Source: the human T2T-CHM13v2.0 reference genome, Homo sapiens | Assembly (NCBI RefSeq): GCF_009914755.1 | Contig: NC_060935.1 | DNA length: 64,000 nt | Direction: 5' to 3' (one strand) | Shown here: positions 29,699 through 43,610 of the stretch, piece after piece | How the letters are laid out: each line of letters begins with the position of its first letter | How positions within the stretch are numbered: the first letter of the stretch is position 1 | The notes under the pieces: generated by a model | The model's database searches: none | Told to the model about the DNA's origin: nothing | The model's input: the letters and a program-made list of their open reading frames with translations, nothing else | Made by a program: the position numbers and the translations under genes

Positions 29699-29807
29699 TG
29701 AGGCCACCGGCCGGGCCTGCCTGGAACTTTGATGGGAGAGTCGTGCTGGGTTAGGCGGGTCCTGAGTGAGGCTGAGCCCCTCCCGTGGGGCTCAGTGCTG
29801 CCCGCCC

Positions 29808-29960
29808 TGGCTGCTGGGGCCTTGGGGAGTGCTCCTGACATCTGGGCTGCTGGGGCCTTGGGGGGTGCTCCTGACATCTGGGCTGCTGGGGCCTTGTGGG
29901 GTGCTCCTGACATCTGGGCTGCTGGGGCCTTGGGGGGTGCTCCTGACATCTGGGCTGTGG
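29808..29960 (+). repeat. 36-bp G-rich tandem repeat x4 (intron 23)
   Basis: tgggctgctggggccttggggggtgctcctgacatc. Confidence 0.95.
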
Positions 29961-30097
29961 GGATTCTCAGGCCCCCAGGTCGGGCTGAAGGAGGGACTTG
30001 GACATTGGCTCCAGGAGGAGCCAGCAGCCTCGTGGGGCCTGTGCCTGGGTGTCCAGGGTGAATGGCTCAGCCCCCTCAGCGGGTGCCCTGTGGCTGA

Positions 30098-30361
<264 letters not shown>

Positions 30362-30777
30362 TGATGACTGTCCTCCCCCTCCGCCCGGTTATCTGGCTTT
30401 GGTCCTGTGCTCTAGGAGAGCAGCTCAGAGCCGGGATCGGGGCGGCTTCTTCTTCCTGCCACTGGCGTCATAGCCTTTGTCCTGCTCTCCTGCTCTTGGA
30501 TTGGGCATATTTAAGGCACCATCCTTCAGGGTCCATTGGATCCTGTTGGATGTAAACAAGGGACCTGAGGAAACCGCACCCATCTCTTCTCCTGGCAGCT
30601 TTGAGATGGTTCCTCTGCTAGTCCAGAAAAGTGACCACCCAGAGGCAGCCCTGCTGTGGGGCCTCTGTGCCTTCCACCAGGGGCTGCCGAGTTGCTGCAG
30701 CCAAGCCCTGCGGTCCTGCCAGCCAGTGGGAAGACGTGGCCCCTGGGCTTTTAAGAATGCCGTGTAGATATTTCTAG

Positions 30778-31017
<240 letters not shown>

Positions 31018-31931
31018 CGTCCGGGCTGCCGTCCCAGCAGGGGCGGCAGGAGAGAGAGGCTGGCCTACACAGGTGCCCATCATGGAAGAGGCGGCCATGC
31101 TGTGGCCAGCCAGGCAGGAAGAGACCTTTCCTCTGACGGACCACTAAGCTGGGGACAGGAACCAAGTCCTTTGCGTGTGGCCCAACAACCATCTACAGAA
31201 CAGCTGCTGGTGCTTCAGGGAGGCGCCGTGCCCTCCGCTTTCTTTTATAGCTGCTTCAGTGAGAATTCCCTCGTCGACTCCACAGGGACCTTTCAGACAA
31301 AAATGCAAGAAGCAGCGGCCTCCCCTGTCCCCTGCAGCTTCCGTGGTGCCTTTGCTGCCGGCAGCCCTTGGGGACCACAGGCCTGACCAGGGCCTGCACA
31401 GGTTAACCGTCAGACTTCCGGGGCATTCAGGTGGGGATGCTGGTGGTTTGACATGGAGAGAACCTTGACTGTGTTTTATTATTTCATGGCTTGTATGAGT
31501 GTGACTGGGTGTGTTTCTTTAGGGTTCTGATTGCCAGTTATTTTCATCAGTAAGTCTTGCAAAGAATGGGATTGTCATTCTTCACTTCAGCACAGTTCTA
31601 GTCCTGCTTCTCTGGAGTAGGGTTGTTGAGTAAGGTTGCTTGGGTTGTGCATTGCACAAGGGCACATGGCTGTGAGGTGTATCCTGGCGGGGGGCTGTCT
31701 ACCTGCAGTGAGGGGCACCTTTTCTGTTTTGCTCAAAGGCATGTATAAGCCAATGGGTGACCTTATTTCCTGTGTCTTCAGGTGTGTGGCAGGGGGCCTG
31801 GGGTGGGGAGGTGGGGCGAGCGAGCAGTGTGTGGAAAGCCTTGTTGTCACCTGAAGCACGCCAGGTCCAGATTGACCAATGGTTTTCTCACTTCAGGGGC
31901 CAACCCACGCCCCCTTTCTGCTGAGGTTTGG

Positions 31932-31945
31932 GTGCCATCTAGTGG
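31932..31945 (-). promoter_or_regulatory. Candidate CTCF site
   Basis: Minus strand CCACTAGATGGCAC fits CCASYAGRKGGCRS without mismatch. Confidence 0.55.
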
Positions 31946-33635
31946 TGGGATGGGACTTGGTTGACTACATTTAAGGTAAGGTGGACCCAGCAACTCCCAG
32001 AAACAACTCCGGGGACACCACTCCCCATCACACTCCACACCGAGCCTGGTGCCCGGTCTGTGCCCGAGCTCAGCGGGACCAGGAAGGGATGGGCCCTGCC
32101 AGGGTTGCCCCTGCACTGTGCATTCTCGCCTGGGAGGCACAAGTTCTTTCATCTGCTTTTCCTTCAGAGGTGCTGAGCCCACGCCATAGCCCCTGTGGGA
32201 TGGTGGGGGAGGGGGCGACCCGAACAACAGTGCAGTCGGTATCGAGATTGGGGAGAGGAGCGAGTCCAAGGAGAAAGTCATGAGTTTCTTTTTACTCGTG
32301 TTGAATAATAACAATAACAATAACAATAACAATATGGAAACCACCGCAAACTTGGAGAAAAGTTGTAAGCACAGTAAAGAGAAGCTTCCTTCTGAGTCAG
32401 TTGAGTGGTTGCCGTTCTGGCCCTGCACCCTCTGTGCTTTGGGACGGCGTCCAACCCGCATTCATGTCAGGAGTGAGTCGCACGTGGCTTTGTGGTCATG
32501 GCGACTTAATCCGCCTGGACGGTGGCTCCGTCTCCCTGGGCTTAGACGACCTTGGCACTTCTGGAGATAAGCCCATGGCTCCCAGGTTGTGTTCATGTGA
32601 CGTTTCCTTGTGGTAGGTTCTGGGTCTGCGTTTTGTCTAGGAGTGTCACAGGATGGACACTGCCTCCTGGCAGGGGCTGCCCAATGCAGTTAGCCTCCTG
32701 CTGGTGTTCTCTCTTGTTGCTTGGTGAAGGTGGCCCTGGTCAGCTTCTCCACTGCCCAGTGAACGACCCCTTTGTAATGAATGAGTGGGGAGGTAGTGTG
32801 AAGCGATGCCAATATCCCATCCCTGTCAAACTGCCTTTACTTTTTCCTTCCTTCCTTGCTCCCACCTGTGTGGATCCTGGTCCCTTCTTGTATTCAGGGC
32901 TGTGGTCTGTTATGACATTTACTCTCAGGCTCAGGTCCTGCTTGTTTGGCCCGTGGGAGCCCCTTCTTCTGCCTTTTGTGTTTTTTTTGTTATGTACCTA
33001 CAGTTCTTTAGCTGTTTCTTTACTTTCTGGTGCAAAAAGATGTTCAAGCCTTATTTTATACTTGCCTGCCCCTTTCTCTTTCATTTATTGGAGTGAGCTG
33101 CAGCTCTAAGAAGACCTGTTCTTTTGAATGGAGAGTAGCATCAGGAACCAGGATGTGGGTGCGAGGCGTGCTCCTGGCTGTTGCAGATTGCTGCACCCGG
33201 GAGCTCTTAGTGGACAGAGCTAGAGGATATGTGCACGTACTTCCATCTCTCTCTCTGTCTCATCTATTCACAGCTGGGAATGATACTAATACCTCCGATT
33301 TTAGCCCAGCACCACAGGGTACGTTCCAGTTTTTCTCTCTTTCCATAGCTGTAAGGCCCTTTCTGGGAATGGTTCTCATTCTCCTTAATCTATTATTGGG
33401 TCAGTTTTCCTGCATGTCCCCAGCCTCCCATCACTGCCACCCACTCCCCACAGAGATGCCCTGCTCATCCGACTGGGGCTTTGACTCCCACACTGTGTAC
33501 CCCTCTTGTGTGGACGCCCTGCTGCCAAAACCTTCAGCAAACAGCTTTCCAAATGGAAGTTGTCACTGTCAGGGCCTTTACAATCAGCAACAGCAAAATC
33601 TACATGCTGCTGAGGGTCCTGCCTCATTAAGATGC

Positions 33636-33641
33636 AATAAA
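33636..33641 (+). terminator. Polyadenylation signal AATAAA
   Basis: gatgcAATAAAtatgtaag; first canonical hexamer seen after the stop. Confidence 0.75.
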
Positions 33642-33744
33642 TATGTAAGTACATAAAAACAGCAATAGAAGAAACGTAATGCTTTTTTCTCAAATATGAT
33701 GTCTACATAGAAAAGCCAAAATTATTAAGAATAGTAAGAATTCA

Positions 33745-34025
<281 letters not shown>

Positions 34026-34060
34026 AAGAATTCAGCACAGTTGTTTGCTATGAGATTTAA

Positions 34061-34375
<315 letters not shown>

Positions 34376-35441
34376 TGCCCTGAGATTATATACTGAAATC
34401 AATTGCTTTTCTAGACACTAGCAATAAGCTTATAAATTATATTCAAGGATTCAGTTATATTCATTTTTTAAAAGATATTTAAATAAGATTAAAAATTCTT
34501 AAAGTTTCTAAAAATAAATGGAAGGAAAGATATTCAAGGCCTATATACAGAAAACTATAAAACTTCATTAAAGCCCATGACTGTAGATACAAGTAAATTG
34601 AGACTATGTAGTTTTCTGTTGCTGTTTAACAAGTCCCCACATACTTGGTAGCTTATCACAACCTCATTTCTTAGCTCCAAGCTGCAGGTCAGACATCCAG
34701 GCACGGCTTGGTAGGTCCTCCGTTCAGCAGAAATTGGGGTGTCAGTGGGCTGGGTTCCTTCTGGGAGCTCCGGGGAAGAGTCTGCTCCCATACTCACTTG
34801 GGTTGTTGGCCAAATGCAGTTGCTTGCAGGTGTTGGGCTGATGTCCGTTTCCTGCTGGCTGTCAGCCAGGGGCTGCTCTTAGGGACTAGAGGCCACCCAC
34901 ATTCCTTGCCATAGGGTCCCCTCCATCTTCAAAGTCAGCAACAAAGAAGCTGCCTCACATTGACTCCCACTCGCCCTTTGAATCTCTAGGAAAAGCCTGT
35001 GTGGTTTACAGTTTCACCTGATTAGGTCAGACCCACCAGGACAACTGCCCATCCTTAAAAGTCCTGTGTGCCACCTAACATATCCCAATTCCGGGAGTGA
35101 CTTATTCACGGGAGGAGATTATGTAAGGGTAAGGATCACTGGGGTCATCTTGGAATTCTGGCCACCACAGTTTTTCTATCTTCATGGTCAAAAAGAATTG
35201 ATATTGTAAAAATGTCAGCCTTCTCCAATTTCATCCATACATTCATTATAATTCTAAACATAATGCCATTTTTTTCCCACAAAATTTGATAAGTTGATTG
35301 AAAAATTAACATGAAAGTACAAAAACAAGAGCAAAAATCCTTTCTGTGGGAGAATCCAGTTGAGGGAATTGCTGCTCCATTATTCCTGACTTACATTGCT
35401 GGGACAGCAGCCACAGCAGTGTGGTCCTGGTGCAGGAGCTA

Positions 35442-35632
35442 ATCGGCTAAGGGGAGAGAGCCCGGAAGCCACGCACACCGGCGCAAGGGGCGGATAGGCT
35501 AAGGGGAGAGAGCCCGGGAGCCCCGCACACCGGCGCAAGGGTGAATCTACTAAGGGGAGAGAGCCCGGGAGCCCCGCACACCGGCGCAAGGGGCGGATCG
35601 GCTAAGGGGAGAGAGCCCGGGAGCCCTGCACA
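35442..35632 (+). repeat. 51-52-bp GC/CpG-rich tandem repeat x~3.6
   Basis: ctaaggggagagagcccgggagccccgcacaccggcgcaagggg starting at 35447, 35499, 35550 and 35602. Confidence 0.93.
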
Positions 35633-36584
35633 AATGCGGAACTGCGACGGATGGCAGCAAACCCGCAGGGAAGGGATGGTTATTTAATAAATGCTGCCAG
35701 AAATTCCAGCCCAGGTGGGAAAAGAAAGAAATAAGTTCCCTGTTTCACACCTAACACAAAAGTACATACCGACTGGAGGCGGGCTTAAGTGTGAAAAGCA
35801 AGTTTTAGAACGTTTAGAAGATGAACTCAATATATTTAAATTAAGAACTTCTTTCTTTAAAAAAGGCCATAAAATAGGCAAGCCACACACTGGGAGAAGA
35901 TTTTGGTAACTGAGAACAACTAAGAACTTATATCCAGACCACATAAAGAGTACCTACAAATTAGGAAGAAAAAGACAAAGCAGTAGAAAGTTGGGCTTTT
36001 CACAGAAAAGCAAACACCCGGGTTCCATAGCTATGTCAAAAGTTGCTCCGTCTTACTAGTTATTAGGAATATGCAAAATGAAACTGAAACACAACATTTC
36101 ACTCACTCCATGGTCAAAATGGAAGAGGTTGGACCATCTTAATTGTTAGTACTTACATGTTTATTCTGAAGAGTCAAGCTAAGCTGAAACAACCGCTTTG
36201 GAAAATTGTTTGGTGTCATTTCTTGCAATTGAATAGGACATACCTTGGTAATTCTCTGCTAGATACACTCACAAGAGAAACCGCTGCCCGTGTGCACTGG
36301 AAGACGGTCGGCAGAGTGATCCTAAGAGCAGTATCAGTACTAGCAACACATCTGCCAGCTGAAACGTCCTCAACAGAATGACAGGTACGCTGCAGCTTGG
36401 TGACAGTGGAGTATTACACGGCCGTGAACATGAATGAACTCCAGCTGCAAAGAGCTACCTGGAAGAATCTTAGAAACATAATGTTGGGTGAACAAGTTCC
36501 AGAAGTCTCCACACGGCACCGTATTATTCATGTAAAATTCAAAAGCAAGGTTAAACAACATACCATGTAGGCACGCATACATCA

Positions 36585-36831
36585 GTGATGAGGTTACTTC
36601 AACACAAGACAGCCTGAAGCCTGTGGTCCAGTCAGTGCTGAGATTACTTCAACACAAGACTCCCAGAAGCCTATGGTCTGGTCAGTGCTGAGATTACTTC
36701 AACACAAGACGCCCAGAAGCCTATGGTCCGGTCAGTGCTGAGATTACTTCAACACAAGACGGCCAGAAGCTTATGGTCTGGTTAGTGCTGAGATTACTTC
36801 AACACAAGATGGCCAGAAGCCTATGGTCCAG
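36585..36831 (+). repeat. 50-bp tandem repeat x5
   Basis: gtgctgagattacttcaacacaagac..ccagaagcctatggtc.ggtca. Confidence 0.95.
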
Positions 36832-38189
36832 GGAGCGGCCACCTCTTGGGGAAATGGGGATGGGATGGGAAGGGACTGACTGCCATGAGCAAGTTCCAGG
36901 GGAAGTTCTTGTCCTGGCGGGGCTGGGCAGGGCTCATGGTCATGGTATTAACCTTAGGAACATGCACATGTTACATGTGTTCTTTTGCATGTGCCAAATA
37001 TTAAAAGGAGAGCGAGAGGAGAGGCATTGAAGACAGTGAGGATGGACGGCCCTCAGGGAATCTCGCTGCAAAGGGGAGGCGGGGTCAAGAGGATATTGTG
37101 GTGGTTTTCACGTGGGAGGATCCTGTGTGGACTGATGTGGAAGACCCAGGGAAGAGCCAGAGAAGTGACAAAGCAGGAATGAGGAGGCCAGGCAGGGGTC
37201 AGCCACAGGGACGTTGCTGGGCAGTGGCAGGAGGTGCAGTGCCAGGGGCAGCAGTGGGGCAGAAGTGGGGCGGGGCTTGGCAGGGCTGGGCAGGGCCGGG
37301 CTGGCAGGTCCTCTGCCCCCAGGGCTCAAGCACAGGGCTGACCAGAGCAGCAGTTCTGCCGGCCCCGCAGGCCTGGTATCACTAGTGGGAGCACTCAGTG
37401 GCCATCAGGTTCCTCTCCCAGGTTCCCTCCCACATGCTGTCCCCAGTGCAGGTGGCTGGATGGGGTCCAAGACCCATGCCCAGTCTGTCGCTGGGGCCTG
37501 GGAGCGGGGTCTTAGCGAGCAGGCTGGGGCCTTTCATGTGGTCTCTGTCCAGCTGGGCACAGCAGGGGGAATCTTCCCTACTGCCAGAACGGCTTGGATT
37601 GGGTTTCCCGCCTGAGATAATTAGTGGTTCTTAGGAAAAGGTTAGAAGAGTTCTTGCTTAAAAACCACCAAATGGGACTGGGCACACTGCACTGCTCCTA
37701 AAAATCAAAGAGGAGGCGTGGAGCCCAGACAACACTCCTCACATCAAAGTGGCCAGCAGACGGCCCAGGGCAGCGGGCACAGCCTCCTGCACGCCTCTCC
37801 CCAGCCCTCTACTCACGTTTCAGGGTGTGTGTGGGGGGCCAGCTATTCTTCTGAGTAATTCAATCGGAGCCTCACAGGGTGGTGGGACCCACACCTGTGG
37901 GGGTTCTGGGTAGGCCTGGGTGCCTCCACAGTTCCGACCACAGTTGGCTAATCCACACCTGGGCCTGGGCCCCAGCAGCACCTGTTGCCAGGTGAGCCTG
38001 CCTGCCTGCCTCCCAGGCCCTGCAGGTTGTGGCCTTTTTAAGCACAGCTGACGGGCACACTGACTTGTGAGGTGGGCGGGGGCCCAATAACACAAGTCCA
38101 TGGTGAACATTATAGAGTGGTTCTTATTTCTGAAGCTGAGACCTATGCAGTGCCGGGCAGGTGTCTGCCAGCGCCCCTCAGACATGAGC

Positions 38190-38330
38190 GTGCGTCAGAA
38201 CTCCCTGGGGAATGTTGACAATGCAGATTCCCAGGCTCTGCCCCAGAGTTTCTGATTGAGATGGCCAGGCTTGAGGATGTACACGTGTGAAAAGTTTCAG
38301 GTGCTGCTGCTGGCAGGGGCCACATGTGGG
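38190..38330. mobile_element. MER5A-like hAT-Charlie MITE
   Basis: aatgcagattcccaggctctgccccagagtttctgatt. Confidence 0.6.
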
Positions 38331-41090
38331 GGTCGACTGGCCTAGGAGCGCCAGCTTCCCTCCCTCCTTCCCTTCTTTTCTTTCGGCAAATTGTAAGGAG
38401 CACCCAGAGCTGCTAGGGGCCAGTTTGAAACTAGCAGTGCTTTGGGAGGAGCAGCTACAGAAAGGCCCTTTCTCTGGGTGGTTGGAATGAACCCAGCCTC
38501 TCTGGGTAGGGGCATCAGGGAAAAGTGCTGGCTGCTCAGTGCTGCCGTGCCCCCGGCCACACTGGCGGACACGTGGCTTGGCCGGTAGGAGCCAGGCAGG
38601 ACATTGGCCCATCTGCCTTGGCTATGGGATGTGTGCAGGGTGCACGACTGGATGTGGAGAGCCTGGCCGGACCCTGCCACACTCAGGGGCACGGACATCA
38701 GCAAGAGCCCCTGAGCATGAAGAGAGCAGAGATGGGGTCCCGGCCTCTGTGGGGTCTGGAAGTTCCCGGCTGATGCCTCCCATCCCCCAGCTCCATGCTC
38801 CTGGGCTTTTGAGCCCCTCCACTCACCCTGTGAGGCCTTGTGATGTGGAGAAATTTGTAGATATGCATGCCATCGAATGCCAGAAAGAACAGAAGGTAGC
38901 TTACATCTGGTGCTGTAGCATGCAGTCAGTGTTTATCTGAGGTTACTGTGAGCCAGGCATGGGGCGCTCACGTTCTCACCTGGACGTACCAGGGGGATGA
39001 CAGCAGAGAAAAGGCTGGGACCAGGAGGAGGAGGAAGAGGCTGGATATGAAGCCCGAAGACCCACTGTTACTCCAGGCCAGCTTGGAGCTTCCTGAGGGC
39101 CTTTGGGAAAAGGGAAAAGGTTTCTACCTGAAGAGGCACGGGTCTTGTTGGTGAGCCCTGCCCTTCCTGGCGGAGACATCCCTGGGTGGGCTAGGCCTGG
39201 AGAAGGCTACCACCCAGCGTTGGTGACCCCAGCACCATGTTGGGAAACATTGGGATGTGAGCCAGGACCCACAGAAGCCTCGATTTGGTCTCCGTGTGTT
39301 TTGAAGGTTCATGGTGGGAGGCCCAGGGGGTGAAGGGTATGAAGGCACCTTCTAGTGTTGAAGGCAGGGAACACATGCCCATTGTCTGCATTTCATTTCC
39401 CTTAAAAGGAATCTCAGGAGAGTAATAATAGTGATAATTGGTTGGTAGACGGAAGTCATGTTGCTGGGGGCCTGCTGGCCTCTAGGTGCTTTCTGGAGCC
39501 CTTTACCTGCAGGCTGGCAGATGGATGTGTTTAATCTTACAGAGTCACCCGCTGTGGCCCTATTGACAGATGGGGAAACTGAGGATCAAAGAAGGTGGAT
39601 AACCTGCCAAGGCTGCCTGGCTGGTGAATGGTGCTGCCGCTGCTCCTCCCGGCCCCAACCTTCTCTGCTTTCCACCCCCTGGTACCTCTGGGTGGAAACG
39701 TGAGCTCTGCGTGCCTGGCTTGTCCTAGCCCCGGATAAACACTCGCTGAACCAATGCTGCAGCGTCAGATGCAACTCCCAGGACGGCCCTTTGCCCACCA
39801 CGGCAGGGTGGCCAGCCAGTCCCAGTGGCTCCGTGTGTCACCGTGGAAGGTGGCAGGTGACACTTGGCCTAGAGTCTGAGGCTTGGCCTGGGTCCTGCCT
39901 GCTACTGGCTGTGGTCTTGGACTTGAAATCGGCTTTTCCTGGCACCTGTCCTGTCTTTTGGAAAGGGAGGCGAGTGGGCTTGTTGGGAGAATGGCAGTGA
40001 GGAAGCCGAGCCAGCGACCCCGGCATGGGCTGTGAGCTTCAACCACCAGGTTCAACCCTTGGAGCTCCTTGCATGTGGGGTCACTGTCCCCATCTTGCAG
40101 GTGAGGAGACTGAGGCACAAGGAGATTCAGGGACCCATGCAGACAGGTGGCAAGGTAGAGCGTGAGCCCAGGGCCACTCTGCCTGCAGCCCCAAGCTGTG
40201 GCCACGGACTTCCCATGGGGCGGCTCCTCGGTTTCCAGGCCTGGGCTCAGCCATAGTGACTGCGGTCTGGGTGGACCACCGGCCTCTCTACACTCATGTC
40301 CTTAGCTCTCAATCTTCAGGATGGCGGTGGGCATATGGCCTCTCTCCTTTCCCGTGTCCTGTGGTAATGACCTTGATAAGTGCAGAGTGGAGTGAAGAGT
40401 GAGGGAGGGAGAAGCAGTGTGGGGTGCAGCAGGCAGAGCTTCCGGTAGCAATGCTCCAGGTGAGGGACCCTCGAAGCTGTGGTTGCAGGACCCATCCCTG
40501 GTGCAGCTGGGCCCTCCCATTGCCAGGTGAGGGGCGCCAGGCATGTCGGGAAGGAGGGGGATGTGGGTCAGCCGCGGAACTCATGGGAACTCTGTTGGGA
40601 CAGGAGTTGTGGGAAACGGCCACTTCCTCTCTCCTGGCACCTCTTCCTTCCAGACTTGCTGATCGAGGCGCTGGCGGGAGAGATCAGAGGCGAGAGGCCT
40701 TTCTTTCCTGGGTCGGCGAGGGGCCTTTCTTTCCTGGGTCGATGGAGGTGGGCTCTGACGTTGGGTGATGCGGGTGGCCTCCAGCTGAATCGGGCTCCCT
40801 GGGTGCCTGTCCACTCCTCTGCTGTGCCCTTCATTGGCCCAGCACGTCAGGCACTGGGGATCCTGGTCCTCCCATGGGTCCTTAAGCCAGTCTTCAAACA
40901 GTTCATGCCAGGGCCCTCTGCCCCTCCTGCGTGGTCCCCACCTGGATCCCAGCAGCCTCAGGTGTTCTTGGGCTCACTGGCTGGAGGCTGGAGGTGCCCT
41001 CCCCGGCCCACCCCTGCATGGCTGGGCTGCTGTGGCATCAGGCACCATCTCCATGTGGGGGGCACCAGTCCACCCTCCAGGTGGCCCTGA

Positions 41091-41717
<627 letters not shown>

Positions 41718-41847
41718 CCCTTTTAGTATTTTAAACCATTCCAGGCTGAACTTTAAGAACTATGAGGAAAAATAAGATGTTTAAAGTCACGAACGAACAC
41801 ACACATCTTATCCTGATGGTGAAACAAATAGTTACAAGCTACTTTAA

Positions 41848-42265
<418 letters not shown>

Positions 42266-43171
42266 AAATAATGTCTTTAAATCAGCCCCAAATCCACGGA
42301 GCCACAAGGAAAATAATTACATCGAGCAGCAGTTAACAGAATATCCCAAACCCCAAGGTGTGACAGAGTAAGGCCTGTGCAGCTGCAGCGTGGCGCTGAG
42401 CAGGAAGGACGCGTGGAGATGCCGGCTGTGGCGACCGCGTGATTTGAAGGCACCTGTGACTTCTGCTCCTGATGGGGCAGAGGCCTCATGAACACGACTG
42501 TGGTCTGTGGCATGCTCACATTGGAGGGAGTGCCAGGAAGTTCCCAGGCCCGGGACGGCCGCGCCTTCTGTTGGTCCATGCAGGGCTCCTGCCTGTCTTT
42601 TATGAGTGTAATGTCAGCGGTAGCTTAGCTCTGATTTTAAGCTCAGCTGTACCTCAGCTCTGGTGTAGTTTAGTGGCTTAGCCGTGGCAGGGAGGGGATG
42701 GGGTCGGCCCAGCCCCCTCCCCAGGAGGGCTTTCCTGATCTCCCCCATCAGAACAACCCCCTCTCAGCTCCTACCACCTGTTCTGTCTGTCCCAACATCG
42801 ACCTCTCCCTCCTGTCTCACAGCTGGCTGTGGGCCTGTGAGTGCTCCTGGATGGAATGTCCCAGATGCCGTCGGTCCCAATAAATGAGCCCGTAGCATGG
42901 CACCCGATCCACCCAAAACAGACTCTCCAATACATATGGAAAGCGGGGTGGTGGGGGAGCTTTCCAGCATTGTTCCAGTGATTCCCAAACATTCGTGTCC
43001 ATCGGGATTCCTGGAGGGCTCGTGGAACAGGCTGCCAGCCCCGCACCAGGGTTCCAATTTGTCAGGCCTGGGAGGGACCTGGGAATTCCGCTCCTGACCA
43101 GCTCCCTGGTGTTGCTGATGCTGCCGGCCGGGGGTCACACAATGAGAACCACATCCCAGCATTAGCATCAC

Positions 43172-43610
43172 TGTAGTGGGCTGAGCGGGGATCCCCCAAA
43201 GTATGACCAGGTCCTAACCCCTGGCACCTCAAATGCGACCTTATTTGGGTAATAGGGTCTTTGCAGGTGTAATTAGGTTAAACACCTTGAGGTGAGGCCA
43301 TGCGGGATTTAGGGTTGCCCTGAATAGAATGGCTGGTGCCTTATAAGAATAGAGAAGGCAGAGACCACAGAAAAGACCACGTGAAGACAGAGGGCAGAGA
43401 CTGGAGTGATGCGGCCACAATCCAGGGAAGGCTGGGAGCCCTCCGGGGCTGGAAGAGGCAGGAAGGACCCTCCTCTAGAGCCCTCGGTGGGAGCACAGCC
43501 CTGCCAATGCCCTGATTTCTGACCCCCGGAACTGTGGGAGAAGAAACCTCTGCTGTTCTGAGCTCCGGGTTGGTGGTGATTTGTTGTGGCAGACAGGAGA
43601 ACAGTGCAGC
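43172..43610 (+). mobile_element. MLT1 (B/C-like) LTR
   Basis: gaccttatttgggtaatagggtctttgcaggtgtaatt...gtgaagacagagggcagagactggagtgatgc. Confidence 0.82.

Larger units (their letters stand above)
31018..33660 (+). other. TPCN2: TPCN2 3'UTR (~2.6 kb; end approximate)
   Basis: Runs from the stop codon to the first AATAAA I could find. Confidence 0.75.
34380..36990 (+). mobile_element. Ancient L1M ORF2/3' remnants, interrupted by an MLT1 LTR (~34605-35170) and two minisatellites
   Basis: A-rich L1 motifs: aaatcaattgcttttcta, gaaaactataaaac, ttatttaataaatg, aaccgctttggaaaa, acataatgttgggtgaa. Confidence 0.7.

Noticed and set aside
33030-33656. 208-aa ORF in the 3'UTR
   Set aside because: It overlaps old repeat-like UTR sequence, has no ATG at the listed start and resembles no protein I recognise.
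36585-36641. C/D snoRNA-like GTGATGA...CTGA
   Set aside because: It is the first degenerate unit of a 50-bp tandem repeat outside any intron, with only a 3-bp terminal stem.
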